DNA of 55,420 bases from Lentisphaerae bacterium ADurb.BinA184 (GTDB lineage Bacteria > Verrucomicrobiota > Lentisphaeria > Oligosphaerales > MVZH01), in the NCBI GenBank assembly GCA_002068325.1, contig MVZH01000002.1, positions 1 to 55,420 of the forward strand. The letters are read 5' to 3'. This document shows positions 16,563-25,000 of the stretch, piece by piece (the first letter of the stretch is position 1; each line of letters starts with the position of its first letter). Under the pieces are notes generated by a model, which ran no database searches, was not told the origin of the DNA, and worked only from the letters and a program-made list of their open reading frames with translations. The position numbers and the translations under genes were made by a program.

Positions 16563-19229
16563 TCAGGCATCCCTGATAGCCGTTGTGATGGCGGAAAAGC
16601 CCCGCTCCGTCGGCATCACGAACAGGCAACGGCCGCCGCTGCGGGAGGCCCACACCGCGCCGACCGCCCGCTTCTCCTCGGCGTCGGTCCACAGGTGCGC
16701 GCCCTTGTACTCCACCACGAGAGAGCGGCCGTCCGTCAGCCGGCAGACGAAGTCGGGGTAAAACCAGTCCTTGGAAGTCTGCAGCCGGAACGACGTCGCC
16801 TTGCGCGCGAGGTTGCGCACCCAGAACTCCACCTCCGGGATCCCGTCGAGGAACTGCGCGCACTTGAACTCCTCCGTGGTGTTTCCGCCCGACGTGAGTT
16901 CCGCCAGCTCGCCCGGCTTCGGCCCGAAGTAGTGTTTCTTGAACTGGAAGCTCCCCTCGAACAGCCAGCTCGGCTCGTAGCTCATGGTTCGGAAGTTGAT
17001 GACCTTCTCGTCGCTGACCGCCAGGGGCGTGCCCGGGAGCAGGAACGCCTGGAACGCCGTGGCCCTCTCGGTCTCCCGGTGCTCCTGGATGCGGGCCTCG
17101 ACCTCGTCGCGCAGCCGGAACCGGTCGAGCGCCAGCAGGCCCACGTCCTCGATGCCGTGCCTCGCCATCAGTCCCCGGACGGCGTTCCGCAGGAAGGCCG
17201 CAGACTCACCGGCCGGGATGTCCCGGTGGTCGATGCGCTTGTCGAGCCAGGCGACGAGTCCCTCCAGCGTACACCCGCCAGTCGCCCCCAGCGCCAGCAC
17301 CTGCTGGTGCAGCCTGGCGACGAAATCGGCGTCCGGCACCTCCCGGAGCATGCTGGTCTGCACTTCCCCCTTCGTGCCGACGTCTACCAGGCCGGCGTAG
17401 CCCGCGGGCCGTTTCCGCGGATCGTAGTCTGCCCGGAGCGACGCGTCCTTGGTGCCGAGCCGCCACGGGTGTTCGAGGAGGAAGGTGCTTTCGAACTCGA
17501 ACAGGCCCCCCCCTTCGCGCACGCACAGGACCGGCACGGGGAAGTCGACCTTCCGTTCGAAGGGGGACGGCGCGCGCGTCGCGCCCGTGCCGCCGAACAC
17601 CCTCTCGGCCTCGCGCATGACGGCGACCGCCTCCTCGACCTTGCCCTTGCCGTCCTGCGACCTCACGCAGCTCGCCAGCTTCGCGGTCTCCGCCTGATCC
17701 AGCGGCACGAGCACCGTGATCTCGCCCGTCGCCGCGTCGACCTGCACCTTCCCGGCCAGCCCCGGCACCTGCGCCTGGGCCGCCGCCGCGTCGATGTCCG
17801 CCGGGGCGAGCCGCACCGTCCGCGGCTGGGCGCCGAGGGTCGGGGTGTTCGGCGGGATGGGGATGATGATGCGGGCGGCCTCGGCCGCCGTGAAGCCGTT
17901 GCTCTCCAGCGCGTCGCGCAGCTCCGCCAGGACCTCGCCAAGCGACGGGGAGACGGAGAAGACGTAGGAGCAGTTCAGGTCGGGGTGCCGCTTCGCCCGC
18001 GCGCCGGGGAGCCGCAGGACGCGCCCGACGATCTGCTCGATGGCCGTGGCCGACCGCGTCTCCCGCAGGCTGCAGAGCACGTAGGCGAAGGGGCAGTCCC
18101 AGCCCTCGCGCAGTTTCTGCACGGTGATGATGAAGCGCACGGGGGATTTCGACGAGGCGAGGTCCTCCGCGCCGGGCAGCTCGTCGAGGTTGCCGACGGA
18201 GATCTTCACCTCGTCCTTCGCGATGCCGAACTCGGCCACCAGCCGCTCGCGCAGGGGTTCGCACGCGTCCACCCGCTCTGCCTGGAGCAGCAGGACCGGC
18301 CGCAGGTACTCGGCGGTCGCCTGCGCCTCCGCCGCCGCGAGCCGCTCGAGGTCGCCCCGCAGCGTGACGGCCTCGGAGAGCAACTGGTCGCGCTGGCTGG
18401 GGTGCCGCGCAATGACGCGCAACGGCAGCTTGACCATGTCCGCCGCCTTCAGCTCCGCGGCCGAGACGTGGTGCAGCACGTTCGACGGGTTCTTGCTCCG
18501 CGCCGGCGTCGCCGTGAACTCGACGATGCACGACGGCTGCACGCTGCCGAGGGTGGCAAAGCTCAGGTCGGTGCGCGCGTTGTGGGCTTCGTCGACGATG
18601 ACGATCGGGCGGCGCAGCCGGAGCATGTTCACCAGCGACGGCTTCGGCTTACCGTCCACGCCGGGCAGCAGCTCGGCGAGCACGTTGAGCAGGTGCTCCG
18701 CGAACGCGCCGTTCTGGTCGTAGACTTTGCGCCCGGTCGTGTCCTCGACGCGGAAGCACTGGATCGTGGACACGATGACCACCGTCTGCCCTTCCGCGGT
18801 GGCGCGCGACAGCCGCAGAGCCTCCTCGATCGTCACGACCTCGACGGCGCCGCACGCCAGTTCCAGGGCGCGCCGGTAGGCGTGACGCGGGTCGCGTAGC
18901 GCCTCGGCGGTCTGGTTGAGGATGGTGTTGCTCGGCACCAGCCACAGCACCACGGCCCGCTCCGCGTGCAGCAGGTCCTGCATCGCGATGCCGGCGGCGT
19001 GGCAGGCGAGCAGCGTCTTGCCGCCGCCGGTCGGAACGCGCAGGCAGACGTAGGGCATCCCCGGCGTCAGCCCCGCCATGTGGACGGGGATGTACGGCAC
19101 GGGCTGGCGCCCGTTGCGCAGTTGCACTGCTTGGAAGGCCGCGTCGGGCCGTCCGTCCTTGGCGCACTGGCGGAAGAAGTCGGACAGCGAGCCGAGCACG
19201 CGCGTCTGGTAATCCTTGAGCGTGATCAT
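16563..19229 (-). CDS. res: Type III restriction enzyme, Res subunit (SF2 helicase plus PD-(D/E)XK nuclease)
   Basis: RVPTGGGKTLLA is the Walker A / motif I and IVIVDEAHNA is the DEAH box. The C-terminal YPDFVCRLTDGRSLVVEYKG is a PD...E-x-K nuclease motif. The start overlaps the mod stop by 4 nt (ATGA). Confidence 0.85.
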   Translation of the reverse strand: MITLKDYQTRVLGSLSDFFRQCAKDGRPDAAFQAVQLRNGRQPVPYIPVHMAGLTPGMPYVCLRVPTGGGKTLLACHAAGIAMQDLLHAERAVVLWLVPSNTILNQTAEALRDPRHAYRRALELACGAVEVVTIEEALRLSRATAEGQTVVIVSTIQCFRVEDTTGRKVYDQNGAFAEHLLNVLAELLPGVDGKPKPSLVNMLRLRRPIVIVDEAHNARTDLSFATLGSVQPSCIVEFTATPARSKNPSNVLHHVSAAELKAADMVKLPLRVIARHPSQRDQLLSEAVTLRGDLERLAAAEAQATAEYLRPVLLLQAERVDACEPLRERLVAEFGIAKDEVKISVGNLDELPGAEDLASSKSPVRFIITVQKLREGWDCPFAYVLCSLRETRSATAIEQIVGRVLRLPGARAKRHPDLNCSYVFSVSPSLGEVLAELRDALESNGFTAAEAARIIIPIPPNTPTLGAQPRTVRLAPADIDAAAAQAQVPGLAGKVQVDAATGEITVLVPLDQAETAKLASCVRSQDGKGKVEEAVAVMREAERVFGGTGATRAPSPFERKVDFPVPVLCVREGGGLFEFESTFLLEHPWRLGTKDASLRADYDPRKRPAGYAGLVDVGTKGEVQTSMLREVPDADFVARLHQQVLALGATGGCTLEGLVAWLDKRIDHRDIPAGESAAFLRNAVRGLMARHGIEDVGLLALDRFRLRDEVEARIQEHRETERATAFQAFLLPGTPLAVSDEKVINFRTMSYEPSWLFEGSFQFKKHYFGPKPGELAELTSGGNTTEEFKCAQFLDGIPEVEFWVRNLARKATSFRLQTSKDWFYPDFVCRLTDGRSLVVEYKGAHLWTDAEEKRAVGAVWASRSGGRCLFVMPTERGFSAITTAIRDA

Positions 19230-20890
19230 GTCACCCTGATCTCGTAAGGGGTTTGCCGGACGACGATGCGCTCCGCCTGCAGACGGTCAGGCCCGAGGAG
19301 GCAGCCGGCGCAGTAGATCACCTTCTGTCCGTCGAATGGCGGAAGCTGGGCCAGCACGGCGCGGGTCAGGACGTTGCCGCCGGTGGCGCTCTTGTCGCCG
19401 AGGATGCCGTTGTAGAGCAGGTAGACGCCGACGCCCCGGCACTCCCCGAGGAAGGCGGATGTCGTGACGCGTTCCCGCGGCAACGGCTCGCCCGTTTCGC
19501 TGAAGAAGACGTGCCGCGCGAGGTCGGCAAAGGAAACGGTCTCGCGAATCCTGCCCCCCTCGTCGAACAGCGGCTCGCCCAGTTCGCAGAAGCGGAAACC
19601 ACCACCCAGACCAGGCACAGCCTCACCTTTCACACGCGAGTAGCCCTGTGCCACCCGGCGCACGCGCTCTGCCGTCACCTCGCGCGCAATCTTTGACTCC
19701 ATCTCCACGAGGATGAACCTGCGCTTGCCACCATCTTGCTGGTTGAGCTTCAGGACTGCATGCCCTGTGGTGCCGGAACCGGCAAAGGAATCGAGGACCA
19801 AGTCATCCGAGCGACTGGCTGCCTGGATTAGCGAGGCGACTAGCGATATGGGCTTGGGGTAGGCAAACACCTTGGTTCCGAAAATCTCTTGCAGCGCTTT
19901 CCCCCCCTCCTGATTCATGCCTGAACCCAGAATCGTCAAGTCCCACTCTGCGGCATCTTCGGCTGCACCTTGAAGCGCATTCACACTCTCGACCCAACTT
20001 GACACAGGTTTCGGCTTGGCAGTGTCAGGGTCGTAGTAGGTCTTGTAGCGAGGCCGCTCCATGCGTCGCTCCGGGAAATCGTCGGGCCAGATGACCAACT
20101 CCTTCGCAATCACCTCTTGCATGGTCTGTGGGAAGAAGCGCCACACGCGTTCCGGGTTCGGCTGGTACACCTTCCCTGTGCGTGGATTGGTGATGGGGAA
20201 GAACTGGTTCGGCCGTGCTTCTCGCCCCATGCCGACTGTCAGGTCCGTGCTGGCATACCTCCCCCGCGCATCAACAAGCGGATACGATTCGACGCCCTTC
20301 TCCAAGCCGTACAGCAGGGCACTTCCCGCCTCCAACGCGTAGCACATCACGTACTCGTGGTCGATTGACAGTGGGGTCCCCCGCATGGCGCTTGAGCTGC
20401 GCCGTTTCCAGACAAGCGTCCCCAGGGCATTCTCTCTGCCGAAGATCTCGTCGAGAACAAGACGGAGTGCACCCTCTTCCGTTTCGTCCATGCTGACGAA
20501 AAGGACCCCCTCACGTCGGAGGAAGAGGCGCAGCAGCGCCAATCGAGGGTACATCATGCACAGCCACTTGTCGTGGCGGGAAAGGTCCTCGCCCTCCCTG
20601 CCGACAACCTTGCCAAGCCAGTCCCGAATGAGCGGGCTGTTGACATTGTCGTTGTATACCCAGCTCTCGTCACCTGTGTTGTAGGGCGGGTCGATGTAGA
20701 TGCACTTCACCTGGCCGGCGTAGTAGGGCAGCAGAGCCTTGAGCGCGACGAGGTTGTCGCCCTGGACGATCAGGTTGCCGCTGCCCGGGTCGCCGTACCC
20801 GAGTTCGGGCACGTCCTTGAGCAGGCGAAAAGGCACCTGCTGGTGGTGGTTGACCACCGCTTCCTTTCCGATCCAGTTCAGCGTCGGCAT
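19226..20890 (-). CDS. mod: Type III DNA methyltransferase, Mod subunit (beta-class N6A/N4C MTase)
   Basis: Motif IV, IYIDPPYN (DPPY at 20681-20692), precedes motif I, LDSFAGSGTTGHA (about 19769-19795). That order is typical of Type III Mod. The gene sits upstream of res and is translationally coupled to it. Confidence 0.85.
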   Translation of the reverse strand: MPTLNWIGKEAVVNHHQQVPFRLLKDVPELGYGDPGSGNLIVQGDNLVALKALLPYYAGQVKCIYIDPPYNTGDESWVYNDNVNSPLIRDWLGKVVGREGEDLSRHDKWLCMMYPRLALLRLFLRREGVLFVSMDETEEGALRLVLDEIFGRENALGTLVWKRRSSSAMRGTPLSIDHEYVMCYALEAGSALLYGLEKGVESYPLVDARGRYASTDLTVGMGREARPNQFFPITNPRTGKVYQPNPERVWRFFPQTMQEVIAKELVIWPDDFPERRMERPRYKTYYDPDTAKPKPVSSWVESVNALQGAAEDAAEWDLTILGSGMNQEGGKALQEIFGTKVFAYPKPISLVASLIQAASRSDDLVLDSFAGSGTTGHAVLKLNQQDGGKRRFILVEMESKIAREVTAERVRRVAQGYSRVKGEAVPGLGGGFRFCELGEPLFDEGGRIRETVSFADLARHVFFSETGEPLPRERVTTSAFLGECRGVGVYLLYNGILGDKSATGGNVLTRAVLAQLPPFDGQKVIYCAGCLLGPDRLQAERIVVRQTPYEIRVT

Positions 20891-21225
20891 GTGTACTGTC
20901 TCTATTTCTGCAACCAGTCAAACCTGATCCTGTCCTGTCAGCGAAACGACGAGAGAACAGTGCCCAGCAAAATGTCGGTGGCCGCCTCGTCACGACTCAG
21001 AGCCAACGGTCCACCCCTGGAAACGCACGGCTCGACGCCTTGTGGCTCAGCCCTGCGCAAACGCAACACTGGTAAAATGGCGTGCGAAGGCGGTTTTCCC
21101 AGCGCGGGCGGGCCTCTCGTGGATCAGAGTTTGACAGGCGTGCGGGCCCACGGCTGTATCTCAAGACGAGTGAATGGTTGCGTGCGTCGAGAACCCCGGC
21201 GCGGCCGGGCAAGACGGGGCAAAAG

Positions 21226-21435
21226 AGGAACGGCGAACGCAGAACGCAGAACGGCGAACGCCCAACGCCGAACGCCGAACGCAGAACGCAGAACGGCGAA
21301 CGCCCAACGCCGAACGCCGAACGCAGAACGCCGAACGAAGAACGCAGAACGCAGAACGCCGAACGCAGAACGCCGAACGAAGAACGCAGAACGGCGAGCG
21401 ACGGACGCCGAGCGACGAACGGCTAACGCCGGACG
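21226..21435. repeat. Heptamer tandem array, 30 units of NNGAACG type (right arm, inverted relative to 16294-16426)
   Basis: The parse runs AGGAACG GCGAACG CAGAACG CAGAACG GCGAACG CCCAACG CCGAACG CCGAACG and so on. The 42-bp block at 21240-21281 is exactly duplicated at 21282-21323. The array overlaps the last codons and the stop (21423-21425) of the four-helix-bundle gene. Confidence 0.9.
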
Positions 21436-21866
21436 TCGCAAGGGGGAGAGTCGTGGCAGTCGTACAGCCCGCGCTCTTCCTTGGCCAGCTTGGCGGAGGC
21501 GGTGCGGATGCTACTCTTGAAGATGCGGATCAAGGCATCCGTTTCCTGCAACAGCGGCTCGACGGTAGACGGTGGCTCAACCAGCGGCACCCGCGCGACC
21601 AGGCCCAGTGCCCGGAGCGATTCGCGCAGTTCCTTGAGGCAGATTCCGAGCTTGTGTACGAAGTCGGCGCGAGATTCAGCCGCCTCCGCCTCACCGTGGT
21701 TGAAGTAGGGGCTCGTGCCGCACCGGAGGAGCTGTCCACCGACATGGTTGCCAGCCCGGGTCTTGACGAGCTTTTCGGTCAGGTCAATGATGGCCGCCGA
21801 GTACTCCAAGAGCCGCTCCTCCAAATCCCAGGTTCTGCCGCCACTGTGCCCTCGTGTGCCCTGCAT
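21423..21866 (-). CDS. Four-helix-bundle protein (23S rRNA intervening-sequence protein / Avd family)
   Basis: A GAGGAG Shine-Dalgarno lies 11 nt upstream. ...LLEYSAAIIDLTEKL...GNHVGGQLLRCGTSPYFNHGEAEAAESRADFVHKLGICLKELRESLRAL... matches the characteristic pattern of PF05635/TIGR02436-type proteins (L-x-RS-x-TS...N-x-x-E...DF-x-x-KL-x-I-x-x-KE-x-x-E). Confidence 0.8.
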   Translation of the reverse strand: MQGTRGHSGGRTWDLEERLLEYSAAIIDLTEKLVKTRAGNHVGGQLLRCGTSPYFNHGEAEAAESRADFVHKLGICLKELRESLRALGLVARVPLVEPPSTVEPLLQETDALIRIFKSSIRTASAKLAKEERGLYDCHDSPPCDVRR

Positions 21867-21883
21867 CGCCCAGTGCTCCTCAC

Positions 21884-21914
21884 TTCGCCGTTCTGCGTTC
21901 AGGGTTCAGGCAGG
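21884..21914. repeat. Short heptamer run upstream of the four-helix-bundle gene (CGTTC type, then AGGGTTC type)
   Basis: TTCGCCGTTCTGCGTTC (21884-21900) is the perfect reverse complement of GAACGCAGAACGGCGAA at 21242-21258 and at 21284-21300. It is identical to 16367-16383. It is followed by AGGGTTCAGG (21901-21910). Confidence 0.85.
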
Positions 21915-21970
21915 AATCGAGTCCAGGCGTCAGCCCCGGAAACATCGTGCGGTTCCCGACTGCGGTTCTT

Positions 21971-22006
21971 CCTGAACCCTGACACCCTGAACCCTGGCAC
22001 CTGAGC
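21971..22006. repeat. Heptamer run CCTGAAC CCTGACA (C) CCTGAAC CCTGGCA CCTGAGC
   Basis: CCTGAACCCT (21971-21980) is the exact complement of AGGGTTCAGG (21901-21910). The same CAGGGTTCAG word sits at 16278-16287 next to the left array. Confidence 0.8.
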
Positions 22007-22039
22007 AGCTACCCTAGCACCCGAAACCTGTATGCTCCG

Positions 22040-22062
22040 CTTGCAGAACCGCGTTCTGCAAG
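22040..22062 (-). terminator. Perfect 10-bp stem / 3-nt loop hairpin 12 nt after the stop of PKS subunit A
   Basis: The sequence is CTTGCAGAAC-CGC-GTTCTGCAAG. No U-tract follows on the minus strand, so its status as an intrinsic terminator is uncertain. Confidence 0.4.
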
Positions 22063-22073
22063 CAGCTCGTCCA

Positions 22074-25000
22074 TCATTCCATCATTGCACGATCCTGTGG
22101 GACGCCTGTGATCTGCGACAGCTTGTCCAGTGTGGCGCCGATGACGACCTCGACCGGGCCGGAGCGGTCGCGCAGTTCGCGCAGCAGGGCCTGGGCGGCG
22201 GCGGCCAACGGCAGGGGCTCGATGCCGCGCGCCCGCATCAGGGCCTGCAACGGCGCGTGCACCATGCCGCCTGCGAGCGGGCCCCAGTTGATCGCCTTGA
22301 CCGTCACGTGCGGCCAGCGGCCGGCGAGGGCCTCGGCCAGCTTGTTGAGGCATTCGTTGGCGGCGGCGTAGTCGGCCTGGAAGGCGTTGCCGAAACGGGC
22401 CGCGGCCGATGAGAAGAACACCAGGCCGCGCAACGTCTCCGGCCGCAGGCTCCCGGCCAGGACCTGAGCCGGGATCAGTTTGCTCTCGATGACCTCGGCC
22501 AGCGCGTCGGGCGGGCGGGAGGTGAGAGGGCCGTCGTGGAGGATCCCGGCGGCATGGATGACCAGGTCCAGCCGTCCGAAGCGCGCGTACAGCGCGTCAA
22601 GGAACGCGGCCAGCCGGCCGGCGTCGCGGCCGTCCACGGCATGGTATTCGACGCGGGCCCCGGCTGCGGACAGCGCCGCGATCGTGTGTCGAATGTTACG
22701 CTGGCGGAGGAGGTTGCGGAGGATGGGTTCGACGTGCGCGGGCGGGGGGGCGGCGCCTGCGGCGCGGGCTTCGGCGATGAGGGCCTGGCGCAGGCTGGCC
22801 TCGTCCTCGATGCCGTGCGTCGCCGCGGGTTCCGGGCCGTCCGGGAGTGGGGTGCGGCCGGTGAGGATGAAGGTGGCGGGCGCCTGCGTGGCCAGCTCAG
22901 CCAGCATGGTGGCGGTGACGCCGTACGCCCCGCCGACGGCGAGCACGACGCTGTCCGCACGTACGTCGAGCCCGCGGTTGCCGGGGGTTGTCTCGGTGAG
23001 CACGGGGCGGACGAAGCGGTCCGTCCGCACCCCGGTCTCGGTTCCGGCGGCGTCGCGGGCGGCGGCGAGCAGGCCGATCAGGGTCTGCCCTGGCGGCGCG
23101 TCGGGCGCGACGTCTATGATCGCGGCTCGTGCCTCCGGCCACTCGCGGGCCAGGGACTTTGTGAAGCCCGCGGCGGCGGCCTGCGGCCAGCGGAGATCGG
23201 CGGCGCGGGAGAGGCCGAACGTGCCATCGAGGCCGGTGACGGTCAGCAGCGTGGCCGGACGGCCGGCGCGCCGCAGCTCCGGCTCGAAGACGGCGGCCAC
23301 GTTGAAGAGCGCGGCGGTCAGCTCCGTGGCCTGCCTGGCGGGCGGCGCCTCGCCGCCGGCCGGGGCGAAGACAAGGGGGAGCAGGTTGAGAAGGGTTCCG
23401 ACCGAGAACGCCGGATCGCTGCGCAGGGCCTCGGCGGCGGCGGTCAGCGAATCCCGCGAAAGGAGGTCCGCGGTCAGCCTGCGCTCGCCGACACGCCGGA
23501 ATGCCTCGCCATGGGAGAGCCGCCAGACGGGGACCGGGGCCGCACCGTCCTCGAAGCCGGGGAAGCGCGCCAGGCGCGGGGAGTCGCCGACGATCAGCAC
23601 GCCGCGCCCGTCGGCCCCGGCGATGATGGCATCCAGGGACTCGTCGCTGTCAAGCCGGACGGGCTGGGCGCTGAGCACTTGCCGTTGCACCGTGGCCGGC
23701 GGCGGGGCGGGCGAGGGCGAGAGGGCGGGGGTGTCGCGGCCGGCCGGTTTCGTCGCCTCCGGGGATGCCGGCGAGAGGGCGCGGCGGCGGTCGTAGTAGG
23801 CGACGATGTCGTTGAGGGTCTTCAGCTGCATGAAATCAACCAGGAGGTCCTCCTGCGGCCGGCCTTCGCCCAGCAGCACAGGGTGATAGGGTTTGAGCTG
23901 GGCGAACAGCTCCATCACCTTGATCGAATCAATGCCCAGCCCCGATTCGAGCGGCAGGCTGGGATCGAGCATGTCCTTCGGGTAGCCGGTGCGGGCGCTG
24001 AGCGCTTCGATCAGATCGGCGCGGAACGTCGCCGTCGGCGGCGTGGCGCCGGCGTCGGGCGTGGCGACGGGGACGGAAGGCGGCGGCGCGGTCGGGGCGG
24101 GCGCAGGCGCGGGGGCAACGGGCAACGGCGCGAGTTCCGGCGGCAGCGCGATCGCCGGCAGTTGCGGCACGGGCGCGGCCGGGAGCACGGCATCGCCGAG
24201 GACGCTGTCCAGCCCGGCCGGCGCGGCGGCTCTCGCGGGACGCCGGGAACCCGCTTCCGACCGCGCCGCGAAGTCGGCCCAGGGGACGGTGTCGGTGAGC
24301 GTGATGACGTGGCGGGTCGGGGTGGGGCGCCGGGCGGCCTCCTCGTCTTTGAGGAGCGTGGCCAGCGGCACGGGTTCGAGGCCGCGGTTGGCGAACCACG
24401 GCGACAGCTCGATCTCGGCCCCTTCGGCGACGAGCGCGGCCAGCAGCCGGGCCAGCCCGATGCGGCTGTCGGAGTCGCCGGTATCCAGCGGCAGGCAGCG
24501 GTGCGGGCGTCCGGCGAGGATCTCGTCAATCAACCGCGACAGGATGTTGCCGGGGCCGAGTTCGACGAACAGCCGCGCCCCGTCGTCATGCATGCGCTCG
24601 ATCATGGCCGCGAACGCGACGGGTTCGGTGATGTGCCGGCACAGCAGGTGCGCCATCCTGCCTGCCGACCCCTCGTACGGCGCGGCGGTGACATTGCTGT
24701 AGACCGGAATCGCGGGCCGCCCGAAGGCAAGGCCGGCCTGGAAGTCCGCCAACTGCCGCGCCGCGGGCCGCATGGCGGGACTGTGGAAGGCGCCGCTGAC
24801 GGCCAGGCGCACGCAACGTACACCCTGCGCCTCGAACCGCGCGCAGACCGCGGCCAGCCCCGCCTCCGGCCCCGAGACGACGACCTGCCGCGGCGCGTTG
24901 AAATTGGCGGCGCCGACACCGCCCCCGACCTCGGCAAGAACCGCGGCCACCGTCTCGCGGTCGGCCATGACCGCCGCCATGCCGCCCGGGATCGCGGCCG

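Noticed and set aside
16270-16863. ORFs translating the heptamer arrays into ERRTQNAERRTPNAE-type 7-aa repeats (16270..16863 -, 16284..16487 -, 20573..21520 +, 21082..21426 +, 21124..21441 -, 21174..22004 +)
   Set aside because: The periodicity is 7 nt, not 3. Every frame and both strands stay open simply because the unit lacks stop codons. There is no start context, and the ORFs overlap real genes.
21131-21160. A consensus TTGACA at 21131-21136 pointing into the heptamer array on the plus strand, considered as a possible antisense promoter
   Set aside because: The best -10 candidates at 17-18 nt spacing (CTGTAT / TGTATC) match TATAAT poorly. A single -35 hexamer is not evidence.
21226-21435. 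Possibility that the tandem arrays (16294-16426, 21226-21435, 44204-44510) are CRISPR arrays
   Set aside because: The units are contiguous 7-mers with no unique spacers. There are no 25-40-nt repeats, no leader and no cas genes in the window.
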